A stretch of DNA of 62,357 nt, counting the filler, from Rhabdomonas costata (lineage: Eukaryota): the NCBI GenBank assembly GCA_019059605.1. It is 28 parts of 28 records of this genome, joined end to end, with 100 filler letters (N's around TTAATTAATTAA, not from the genome) between each part and the next. Parts side by side here need not be neighbours in the genome. Positions count along the whole stretch, not along the records: positions 37,937 to 40,066 come from JAHMHO010005417.1; positions 40,167 to 42,291 come from JAHMHO010005418.1; positions 42,392 to 44,523 come from JAHMHO010005419.1; positions 44,624 to 46,753 come from JAHMHO010005420.1; positions 46,854 to 48,983 come from JAHMHO010005421.1; 23 more parts are not named here. The stretch is one strand, 5' to 3'. Positions within the stretch are counted from its first letter, which is position 1; every line of letters starts with the position of its first letter. Shown in pieces: positions 38,177 through 49,083 of the stretch. Position numbers and translations under genes: made by a program. The notes beneath the pieces are model-generated. The model had not been told where the DNA came from. It made no database searches and was given only the letters and a program-made list of their open reading frames with translations.

Positions 38177-39274
38177 GGCCATATCATCTTCTACGGTCCC
38201 GTAGCCAATGCCCTGCCCTTCTTTGAGGGGATTGGGTACAAATGCCCTCCCTCAATGGATATGGCCGACTTCTTGCAGCAGGCGTCAAGCCCTTCCATTC
38301 CGGCCCCCTCCCAACCCCTTACCCCTGTTTCATTGGCTTCGCATCATTTCTTCAACCCTATCAACCCCGAGCTGGCTTCCGCGTTTTCTTGGTGACATTT
38401 TCCGTGCAGTTGCAGCGGGTGGTGCCTTCCCCTGCGCGTGAAATCTTGTTATCTTCCTTTTTCTGAATCACCCCTAATTCGGATTCAGCATGGCATATAC
38501 AGATTCAGAATGGCAAATAATGTAGGATGTTGGGGCCACTTTGCCTTGCATTTTCCCAACGCATCAGCGCCCAGCAGGGGATCGCTGTCACAGAGCAAAT
38601 CGTGTTTTGCTTCATATAGCTCAAATGGTCCAGCGCGTTTTTCTATCGGCTGCGCAATTCTCTTTTTTTGTGTGGTGGTTGGGGGGGGGGGCTGGACAGA
38701 ATAGCTGAAAGCGTATACTATTGGACAGCCGTATCGCATCAAATGTGCAACGGCTAAATTCATCTTTCAGCTTTGCAGCTTGCGCTGTCAAGCTTTGCCA
38801 CTCCGCCCCACTCACCACAGCGAGGCATGAGAATTAAAGAATTAAACCCAGAATGCCCTCAGCTTCTGAAGCACCCCGATGTGCAATTTCTTCTATGAAC
38901 AATTAAGCACACTAAGGGGCTAAGCAGGCCTCCTGAAACGCTGCTGCATGGCCGGTCCATTGGGTCAGAATTTTCTGACCTTTCCCCCTCGGCCGGTTGT
39001 GGTGCCCCTTGGCGGCTCTTTTGTCCCATTGGTCCGCTTCTTGCCCTACCCACAACGTATTAAAGACGCATTGCCGTATTAAAGTATTAACTCCGCTTTG
39101 CAAATCGTGTTGCGATGTTTCTGCTAATCTCAGGTTGCCACCCCAGCGGGCCGCAAATTCCACTGCAAGGATTTCGAGGAGACCCCAAAAACCGCGGAGG
39201 AGCTCGCAGCGGCTTACAAGGCTACCCCTGAGTTTGAGCAGATGAAGGCCATCCCCCGAGACTCCTCCATCCAG
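38177..39274 (+). CDS. ABCG/PDR-type ABC transporter, end of NBD, partial; exons 38177-38281 and 39134-39274
   Basis: GHIIFYGPVANALPFFEGIGYKCPPSMDMADFLQQ|VATPAG...TAEELAAAYKATPEF. The conserved ADFLQ.V join requires a GC-AG intron at 38282-39133. Confidence 0.9.
38925..39050 (-). repeat. Dispersed repeat family A, copy 4 (longest; inside the ABCG GC-AG intron)
   Basis: It overlaps the segments seen in copies 1 and 3. Confidence 0.85.
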
Positions 39275-39881
39275 GCATGTTCTGGAGACGCGCTCCTGCT
39301 GCCTCCTTTTTTTTTTGTTTTTCCTTTCCTTTCTTTTTTACCTCCGGAAGGGAGTCGCTGAATTCGACTTTTTCCTCGTATTCGTGAAGATGAAAAATGA
39401 AATGGCACGCCCCTCAGACCCATTCACACTTGCCTCTGTGGTTTTCTCTTCATTTTTCATGGTTTCGGTGGGGATGTTTCGTCCTTCGACCTTTTTTGGG
39501 TCCTTTCACAGCCCGCGAGTGTGCTGATGCGCCGGTTCGTAAAGAAGCACCCCTTCCCTATCAGTATGTCCGCCGCCACTACCCCGCTGCTGTCCCGTTG
39601 GGGTTTTCATTTGTGCGGACTTCAGGTGCCGGCATCATTGTGGCTGCTGTGGTCACAAAGGAAGTGAAACTTGCCGCAACTCGGGAAATCCCTGTGGCAT
39701 AACGGCAAGCGACGCGATAGGGAATGAGGGGAGAGAGAGACGCTGGTAAATCAGAATTCCAACCCTTACCAAGAAAAGAGGCACATTTCAGATGCACAAG
39801 CGTTTAAATACGGACTCGTTCCGTACAGATGACTTGAAGCAAGCTGCAAGAGTGAGGAACAAATTTAGGTCCATGGTGCCC

Positions 39882-40063
39882 TTGTGGGAAAAAGCGGATT
39901 TTCCGTGCTACGCTTGAAATACATGTATATGTAGTCTTCTGATCGCATCTGAGAGGGGGGGTGCCTGCTTTGATGCTTTGCATTCCATTCCAGGGCATTA
40001 TATGCTCCATGTAATGGTACGGCAGTTCAAGCTGTAGCACGGAAAATCCGCTTTTTCCAACAA
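39882..40063. mobile_element. Candidate MITE: about 37-bp inverted repeats around about 107 bp of non-coding DNA
   Basis: ttgtgggaaaaagcggattttccgtgctacgcttgaa (39882-39918) pairs with ttcaagctgtagcacggaaaatccgctttttccaacaa (40026-40063). A TSD cannot be assessed at the contig end. Confidence 0.5.
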
Positions 40064-40175
40064 ACANNNNNNNNNNNNNNNNNNNNNNNNNNNNNNNNNN
40101 NNNNNNNNNNTTAATTAATTAANNNNNNNNNNNNNNNNNNNNNNNNNNNNNNNNNNNNNNNNNNNNTTTTGTGTG

Positions 40176-40471
40176 GATAGTATATTTTCTCTTTTTTAAT
40201 TATGTATGTCGTATATGATGGTTGTACTATATATATTTTTATTATAACTAATACTTCTTTTGATATATCTGATGTTTTCATTACAATTATCGATGGATTT
40301 TATGAATTATTTATAAAGAGAAATTGGACATAATAGAGATTGCACAAAATCCATCGATAATTGTAATGAAAACATCAGATATATCAAAAGAAGTATTAGT
40401 TATAATAAAAATATATATAGTACAACCATCATATACGACATACATAATTAAAAAAGAGAAAATATACTATC
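40176..40471. repeat. Perfect 126-bp inverted repeat with a 44-nt spacer (40176-40301 / 40346-40471)
   Basis: Exact reverse complement read directly; it starts at the contig end. Confidence 0.95.
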
Positions 40472-40843
40472 TACACATAACTATAATTGTGAATGATGAA
40501 TTCCAAAATAATTTAGAACAATACATTAAAAAAATTAGAAATAGATATCGAGAATGTAAATGAGGTAGAATTAAGTTGTTCAATATACAAGATATATGAT
40601 TCAAATAATAAAGAAAAATAAAACAGAAACGACACAAATATTGAAAACATTATCATTAAGAAGAACAAAAACAGAAGTAAAATATAAAACATCTACAAAG
40701 TGCAAATCAAAAAATACTAGTACTATAGTAGTACTATAGTAAAATACTACTATAGTTTATAATTTTTTTGTAAACTACATTACCCTTCAAAAAGCTACTC
40801 TTTGAAGTTTAATTGCCAGCTATCATTTGCTTTGCCATCAAAA

Positions 40844-41802
40844 ATGGATTGTGACAATCTCTTTGCCTTTCAAAGTAACATCAGCTCGTACCCCCCGCGC
40901 AAATCCAACCCTATTTCCACGAGGTCTGTTCACAAAACGCCTGTTCACAAGACGCAATCACGCTCCCACTACTTCAGCCACAAATGTTTGGCTGTTTTTG
41001 TGGACTTTGATTTCGGTGACGCAATCCCTACAAACATCTTTGTCGCGGGCTCAGCCACAGTCCCTGCCACGACGAATGTCAAAGAGGAAAATGAGTCTTG
41101 AGACGAAGAATCATAGTCTAATTCCCCTGATGACGCAGTCCCTGACATGGGCCCTGCCACGGTCCCTGCCACATTCCCTGACACGGCCTCTGCCACAGTC
41201 CCTGACACAGTCTCTGACACGGTCCCTGCCACAGTCCCTGAAACGGTCTCTTGCACGGTCCCTGCCACGACGAATGTCAAAGAGGATGATGAGCCTTCAG
41301 ACGAGGAGTCTTCAGACGAGGAGTCTTCAGACGATGAGTCTTCGTATGAAGAATCTGAGTCTGATTTCCCTGATGACGCAGCCCCTGCCACGACGAATGT
41401 CAAAGAGGAGGATGAGTCTTCAGACGAAGAATCCGATTCTTCCGAGATGAGAAAAAGCGTGAACCGGCTGAAGAGTCCGAATCTGACGTGGAGTCTGATT
41501 CTGACGCGGAATCTGATTCTTCTGATGATGAGTCTGAATCTGATGCGGTGTCTGTTTCTGGGCCTCAGATTTGTGCGGTTCGTGGCAAAGTTTCTGTGGA
41601 CTGGATTTCGACTGTTGGATTGTTGCGAAGTTTAACAAGTTCACTAGACTGTTTGAACCAACTGGTCCAAAGGGTGATCATGAAGTCTGTGAATGGCACC
41701 GAATTTCCTCTTCCCAAAAAGGGAGAAGAAATCGATAACGAGGAGATTGTTCGCCTACTGATGACCGGATTCGAGACGCGGAGGGCAGCCCTCGGTATCT
41801 GA
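40844..41802 (+). pseudogene. Disrupted intronless gene for an acidic, internally repetitive protein (TVPA/TVPD and ATTNVKEEDESSDEES repeats)
   Basis: In the first repeat copy TCA has become TGA (41099) and GAG has become TAG (about 41114) relative to sister copies. A frameshift near 41445-41460 moves the acidic tract into another frame that ends ...RRAALGI-TGA. Confidence 0.7.
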
Positions 41803-42006
41803 TCTGTGACGAGACCATGGACTCACCAGCACTGACGATATCAACCCATGCTGATGTTCTTTTTTGACTTGACACTACACTGCGTTGCTTTGCCTTGTTT
41901 TCTTTGTCTTGGTAGAGTAGAGCCCAGCACTTATATATTTGTGGAGTAACTCTACTCCGTGCTTTTCGACGCGATAATTTTATCGTCTCTAAAATTACTT
42001 TCTTAA

Positions 42007-42014
42007 AAAATTGA
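42007..42014 (+). promoter_or_regulatory. AAAATTGA octamer (Mimiviridae early-promoter-like) about 70 nt upstream of ATG 42083
   Basis: Exact octamer in AT-rich intergenic DNA; it could occur by chance at this base composition. Confidence 0.3.
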
Positions 42015-42082
42015 AATTTTTTCCTTTAAATATTATTAATTTACTATTTTTGTATAACATCTTGTTTTATTACACATTCTTA

Positions 42083-42277
42083 ATGATTTCTGTTAACGAT
42101 TGGATCATTTCTTTTGGAATAAATAATTATGATGATTATATGTCTGGTAATATTGATATGAGTTCATTACTTATATCTGCTATCCATACAGCTCCAGATT
42201 TCGTTCGTACTGAACTTGAAATCCATGATAATATTGATGTTAAAAGAAATGATCCAATCGTTAACAGAAATCATTAA
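42083..42277 (+). CDS. Short AT-rich intronless ORF, hypothetical (possibly truncated)
   Basis: MISVNDWIISFGINNYDDYMSG...; T/A-ending codons, unlike host exons. Confidence 0.35.
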   Translation: MISVNDWIISFGINNYDDYMSGNIDMSSLLISAIHTAPDFVRTELEIHDNIDVKRNDPIVNRNH

Positions 42278-42391
42278 GAATGTGTAACAAANNNNNNNNN
42301 NNNNNNNNNNNNNNNNNNNNNNNNNNNNNNNNNNNTTAATTAATTAANNNNNNNNNNNNNNNNNNNNNNNNNNNNNNNNNNNNNNNNNNNN

Positions 42392-42570
42392 TCTTCGTCT
42401 TCGTCTTCGTCTTCGTCTTCGTCTTCGTCTTTGTCTTCGTCTTCGTCTTCGTCTTCGTCTTCGTCTTGGTCTTGGTCTTGGTCTTGGTCTTGGTCTTGGT
42501 CTTGGTCTTGGTCTTGGTCTTGGTCTTGGTCTTGGTCTTGGTCTTGGTCTTGGTCTTGGTCTTTGTCTTT
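42392..42570. repeat. Compound hexamer microsatellite (TCTTCG)n-(TCTTGG)n
   Basis: Read directly; it runs off the contig start. Confidence 0.97.
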
Positions 42571-42756
42571 ACCTTTTTCTTCGTGCTTCCATACCGTAGA
42601 CTTGCTCTCATTTTCACAAGGTGTCTTCAAAGCCCACTTTGCCTGACATATGATTCTCACGTTGCCATCTTTTTTGTGCGTTTATACATGCTGGGACTTC
42701 CACTGATATCATTCAAAGGCAAAAGAAATTGAACGATAAAGTGCAGATTATGTTGC

Positions 42757-42822
42757 TCTGGGGGCTCAGCCACCCGCCCGCCTCGCGTGCATCGCCCTCT
42801 AACAACATGCAAGATCTTCTGC
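42757..42822 (-). repeat. Single diverged copy of the 51-bp-unit plus GC-hairpin module seen at 32953-33154
   Basis: 19-nt exact match gttagagggcgatgcacgc (42803-42785), preceded by agaagatcttgca and followed by gcgggcgggtggctgagcccccag. Confidence 0.75.
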
Positions 42823-45800
42823 CTTGTCACAGTGGCCACGCGCATAGCCATCTAACCACTTGAAAGGTCTTCTATCTTGTAGGGATTTGTTTAATGTTTG
42901 CTTCCATCCTTCTTGTATAATCTCTTTATTGACTGAAAAGTCCCAGGGACCTTTTGAAAGACTGCTTTGGGAGCTTTGGGAAAGAGCGCTGTCGCTACTC
43001 CTTGCCTACACATGATCCCCAACTGGCAGATGGACTGTCCTGCGTGAGAAACATTTTCCGCAAAAAACAACGAAAACGGGGGCACGGCACCCAAAATACA
43101 CTTGATACGGGGCCCATAAAGCCATAAACCCGAGCGCCAAACTTGTTGAAAGCGTAAACCTGCTCATAAGGTCCAGATACGGAATAATACTGTGTGACAA
43201 CGGGTTTTATCCAGTTAATTCGGCATTTGGAAATATTTTTGTGTTTGTTTGAAGTTTGTTGTATCATACATTGATCTTAATCCACAGTGGTTCCACGAGC
43301 TTTGCTAGCGAGCCATCGGGCGCGCAAAAGCCAACGTATCCAAAAATCGAAGGTTAAAACCATTCAAAATGGCAGTGATCGCGGACGGCGTTACCTTTTA
43401 ATGCATGCTCCAAAATTTGAGGGTTTACCTAAAATTCAGCCCGCAATCCGGCATTAGCATCATTACCTTATTCTGGTGCGAAAGGTGTTTTTAACATAGA
43501 GATACATCCTACACACAAAACTGAAGATGGTAAACTGTAAAATTTTAAAATGCCAGCCACTTTGCTTTTAAAATCGGCAGGTGCAACAAGCGGGCCGTTG
43601 AACTCTTGGATCCTTAAGTTTTGTGGGATGGGCATGCCAGTAGAGGGTGGGTTTTTGGTTGGAAATGGTGGTGTGGAGGCGCATTTTCTGTGTGTTCCTT
43701 AATTCCCGTGTTTTGGGTTTCCTTCGTTTGTGCGTTGTTGGCTTTTGTGTCCCATTGCTCTTTTTGCAGCGGTCCATTTGCCGCCACTTGGTACAGCCAC
43801 TGCCCACCCAGGCCAAAGGCAGACCGGTTGGGCCAATGTCGGCCGTTTCTCCTAAAGTACAAGATGTCGCTGGCCACACTAGAGTCTAAGCAGAAATGAA
43901 CGACGTCCATGCGTATCGGATCAGTGGCCTCCAGCTCGCTCAAAATAGCGGGTACACCGCCCTCAACACTGTGTGACGCAAACAATTGCTAGACTATTAG
44001 GAAAAAACATGCAATATAGGGCCTGAAAACAGAAATCATCTCTCTCAGACTCTGTTCGGGCATTGGGTGAAGTTGAGAGAACAGTTGCCCTTTGCGTGGA
44101 CTGTCTTCATCTTTTCCATGTCAATATCTTGGTCCCATTTCGACAAGGGCAGGGACCAAACTGGGCCCCAATTGAAAAAATAATATCTGGACTTTGGGCC
44201 CTCCTATAAACCAAAAATTTCACCAAAGACAAACTAGCGGCTTAGAATGGCAAAGTCCTTCTAGAGGTGTCGCGGCCCCCTGAACCAACACTTAAGTTTC
44301 TGTGGTAAAGCAAAGTATCAATGGATCTCACGAAGCAGCTGCAAACACTGTTTTACCAAGGTGCGAACTGCATACAACCATCAATCATAATCGAAATAGT
44401 AAAAAAAATTGATCATAGGCTTCCGAAGTGAAAGGAATGCGAAAAAAAAAGAGGTAAAACACAACCCTTCACGAAATATAATATGAATATTCGAACAATA
44501 TTGGCTTACATTCACACCCACACNNNNNNNNNNNNNNNNNNNNNNNNNNNNNNNNNNNNNNNNNNNNTTAATTAATTAANNNNNNNNNNNNNNNNNNNNN
44601 NNNNNNNNNNNNNNNNNNNNNNNGGGTTGGGGGGTGACACCTGAGGAAAAGATACCAAAAGGGGGTGCAAGCTCCCCGTGAGTGATTGTTTGTTGTGTAA
44701 GAATGGCGCAGCGAAGTCTCAACGCGCCTCAAGGAAGGGACTCTGGAAGAAATACACGCACTGACAGCAACAATTTCCAGAGGTTTCTCTGGAAAATCGA
44801 ACAGGGAGGCTGCCGCCAAGCTCCTCGCTAAAAGATTGGTGGTGGTGGGGAAGAGTACAAAGTTGGTAAAGGAGAAGGGCATACTCCCTTGGGCCTCCAC
44901 CAGGGAAACCGATGACCGACGACTGCTACCATTTGAAATCAGAAATGGCAAAGACTACTGTTCGACCGCTAATTGGGAGGACAGACTTCAAGGCAGGAAT
45001 TATTCGCAGACCCCATCACCCCTTATTGCGAAGGAACAACCCAGAACAGCAAGAGAACTAATCATGATGATCAACCAGGCTTACAGAATAGTTTTTATTT
45101 GGAAGGGCAAAGGTTCCGGAGATCCGACCTGCATCTGGATAAAAAGTTGAAGATATATCTTCTACGGCTATTTATTAACCCAACCCATGGGCACCACAGA
45201 ACCATGCCATCCCCCATCCACAAGACGACAGGTACATCTCCAAAAGAATTTATACAAAGAAAAGAAAAGAAAAGAAAAGTCAGTGGAAAAACACCACCGT
45301 CCCTGCGTGTACAGTGTCTTGCATGCACAGGCACGAAAACCGAAATCTACCCAGCCGTGAAAAGATCCCCCAAGCAACACACACACACACACACACACAG
45401 AGGGGGTACGCTGTCAACGCAACAGGACGCCTCTCGAGTTGAAAGGCACTTCCTTGCCTCCCATATGGATGCCCGTGATGGCGATCCAAGGGAGGATTGC
45501 GGCACACCCACCGCCGCACACTTTAAAAGGCGTCATGACTCACGCTAACACGTAACACAGAAACGCACATAGCAAAAGAAATGGAAAGGGGCCCTGCCGC
45601 TCTCCAAGAAAAGAGGAAAAAGCACAAGAGGCTCCCTAAGCAAGTACAACCGGCGTTTGTACGTGGGACGGCAACCTCAGTCAGCAAAGCGATGGTGAAC
45701 CCACCCTTCACAAATCCAGAAAGTCCGCATCATCTCCATAACAGCACAAAAGGAAAGCAGGCAACCTCTGACTACATGGGATTCTAATCCACTTTCCCAC

Positions 45801-47046
45801 ACCCCACACCCCGAAGATTTGAATTCGCTCTGCCTAGGCAGCCTAGGTTTCAGCGACGCTTCCGTGCAGGTCGACTGTTGTTGGCCAGTTGTACGGCGCA
45901 AAGTATTCACAACAAAACCAAAGCCCGAAGACGGAAGAACGTCTTCCGGAAAAGCGGACCTGAATTACCAGGGTGGCAGTAGTATATACGGGGGTATTTG
46001 GGGATGAAGCCATGGAGCGGGGTACTGCTCGAAAAGGACTGCAAAAGATCCGAGGTGTGAGTCCACACACATCGGCGACAACAGCAAAAAAATACAAAGC
46101 GGCATTCTTCGGCACTTCCTTCCCTCCTCTCTCTCTCTTGACTTCCCCACAATTCCCAACGCTCTCCGGACTGCTTATCAATCCGTATCTAAGGTTTTCC
46201 TGCTTCGTCCCTGTCGCACATCCTTGACGCTGTTGAAGAGCTGGACAGCAAACAAAAAAAAAGAAGAAGGTCTTCCGGGGGGAGAAGGGAAGAGGAGGGA
46301 TGATCCATCCCATCCGCTGGTCTACTCTGGGCTGCGGCACTTGGAGGGGGTGACCCGGGGGGACTTGCCCAGCAAAGGGTTCGACGGTTGCACCAGCCGC
46401 AGCTGCGTGAACAACGAGCCGAATCCAAACGCCAGGCTGTGCTGCACCGCTGCGCAGGCAGGGAGCTTTGAAAGGTCGATGGACTGCAGAAGAGAAAACA
46501 CGAGCCGAGAAATAGTATTTCCAGCCGGCGGGCTTCTGGCTGTATGCACGAGCAATGAGCAACAGAATCCCAGCCCAATGCGCTGAATGACCATAAACGA
46601 TAAACGGTTGCGTGCAGACCCCAACATTTCTGCCGTCGAAACAAAAATATGATGTACTTGCTGCGCAGAACAACTGATCACATCTCTTCGAGTTTTGCTT
46701 GATGGCAGCATTGCTGGAGGGAAAGTGAAAGGCTGGAACCGCAACCACCACAANNNNNNNNNNNNNNNNNNNNNNNNNNNNNNNNNNNNNNNNNNNNTTA
46801 ATTAATTAANNNNNNNNNNNNNNNNNNNNNNNNNNNNNNNNNNNNNNNNNNNNGTGTTTTTCTGGCGTGGGAAAAACAATTTGTCCAAAACTCATAGTCG
46901 TCCTGATGATGTGATTTCGGCAGGATGCCATTGTCTCGGAATCACATCACATCAAACCTGCACACATACCGTTCACACACCGCCACACTTACCCCCACCC
47001 CCGCTCCAGGGCGGCACGTGCGGAATGGAAGGGCATTTCCCCTCAG

Positions 47047-48664
47047 GTGTTTGAGTTTGGTCCGCTGCTGGTGGGGCGCAAGTCGGACGGTTACCTCACC
47101 GGGGCCCACCCAGAGAACTGCGATACCCTGAGGATAACCAACACCGGGCAGTACGAGGCCACCGCGACTTTCTGCTTCGAAGAGGAGCCCACGCGGTGCT
47201 TCCTGTTGGACCCCCGGGAGATGACCCTGGGCCGCGACGAGACCCGCGAGCTCCGGCTGTGGGCGTTTCCAGAGAAGGTGTGCTTTTCACGTCTATTGCC
47301 CCCCTCCCGACCGCCCAACCCTCCACTCGAAACTTGGTCTCCGAGTACCGAAGAACTGGCGTTGTGGCGTGCCTTTCGAAGGGACGTGGTGAGATTGGAG
47401 TTTTTTTGGCTGAGCTTTAACTACCCGTCATCTCAAATTGACGAATTGTATTTTTTGGTCCGCTTATTTCAGCCTTTCTCATCGACAAACATGTCTTGAC
47501 TCAGAAGAGTTTCACCCTCGCCTCGTAATTTCCTTTCGACCGGTTTTTTATTGTGCGTCTATGTACGTTTAAATGCGCACGTGCCCCTTCGGGTTTTCTC
47601 AGACTGGTGTTGTGACAAACACGGTGATCGCGCTAATCAACGACAACCCAGAACCCCTGCGCTTGGCGGTGAGCTGCGTCGGGGCCACCCCCTTGGTTGA
47701 GGTGGACGGCAGCCAGAAGGACAAGATCATTGACTTCGACAGGTGCTCGTGCATTGTTCTGCCCGAGACAGCAATTACACTTGTGCGTCATTCCCACGGC
47801 CGTGCTTACCTCCCGCAATGGGCTTCAGTGTATTGTAAGCCCCAAAAATAAACAAGCAACTGACTGCTGAGCAGCGCAAAAGCAGCAAGATGCAGGTGTG
47901 GTTCCACCTGTATCCCGGATGCTTTTTTCTTGAAATCAAGGCGTGACTGTTTTCTTGTGACGAGGTCGACATATTGCCCGCTGGTTGGACACAAGTGTAT
48001 GATTCTGGTCTTATAGCGCACAAAAAAGAATTTCGTTGGCAAGTAGCCAACCCAAAGTTGTCTTTTGATGTGAATGAGTTTGACGCGGACGTCGAGCTCT
48101 GCGGTAGGATAGACTGCACCGTTGGACGCGAAGCCTTCCGACCTTTTCTTCCGATGCGAATGCTCCTTCCCTATCCCCTTGGTCAGGTTGCTTCTGAAGA
48201 GCCCGAAGACGATGAGCTGTGTGCTGAAGAACGTCTCCGCGCTCCCCGTGGCCTTCCGCTTCGGCAACCACGAGAAGCTTCTCTCCGAATACACCATCAG
48301 CCCCACCGAGGGCATCCTGGAGCCCCGCGCTGAGACCACCCTCTCCTTCACCTTCAGCGCTACCCGCGCCGCGGTCTTCACGGCGAAGACCGAGCTGCAG
48401 ATCCTGTACCCCCCCTCGCTGCTGGCCGGGGGGCCCACCGCAATCTCCGCGGCTGTGGCCACTGGGCAGAAGGCGGTGTTTCAGACTCTCCCGTTCACGC
48501 TGACCGCGGAGGGCTTCGACGTCTACGTGGAGACCACCAAGGCTGTTGACTTTGGCACGGTGAAGGTCGCGCCAAACACCCCGGTGGCGCAGCCCGTGCA
48601 GCTGCTGAACCGCGGGAAGTACGACGTCAGCTACGCCTTCAGGCTCAGCAAGAAGCTCTCTGAG
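47047..48664 (+). CDS. HYDIN: HYDIN central-pair protein, partial; exons 47047-47277, 47603-47742, 48187-48664
   Basis: FEFGPLLVGRK...LRLWAFP, INDNPEP...SCVG..P, FDR|LLL, LKNVSALPVAFR, DFGTVKV, LLNRGKYDVSYAF are colinear with HYDIN ASH domains. In-phase GT-AG introns. Confidence 0.93.
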
Positions 48665-49083
48665 GTTTGTCCTTTGCCATTCCTGTGCTCACTTCTCAAC
48701 CACAGAAAGTGTGGCAGGTTGAATGGACAGCAGCTGAAACCCCGCGCACACACCCACAAAACCTCATAAATATTTGCATTGTTATGCTAGACATATGGCC
48801 ATGGACACATTTATTTCTCCCACCCAGGAAATCGTCAAACCACACGATGAAAGTACCACGAGAAAAACAAAAGGTCACTGTGCACAGTTTTGCACACAAA
48901 AAGACGGCAAAAAAGGGGCAAGTTTGAAAGACAACATGGAGATAAGGTGGGATAGTGGTCAATATTTGTCTTTCAAACCAACCNNNNNNNNNNNNNNNNN
49001 NNNNNNNNNNNNNNNNNNNNNNNNNNNTTAATTAATTAANNNNNNNNNNNNNNNNNNNNNNNNNNNNNNNNNNNNNNNNNNNN

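Noticed and set aside
42336..42732. KT-, DQ/DE-, SW- and VL-repeat proteins
   Set aside because: These are reading frames of a hexamer microsatellite with no independent coding evidence.
44401..44412. Second AAAATTGA as a viral promoter
   Set aside because: It lies in an A-run with no downstream ORF, and shows the octamer can arise by chance.
45843..46753. 302-aa ORF
   Set aside because: No motifs and mostly intron/UTR-like composition. At most a short terminal exon near 46484-46322.
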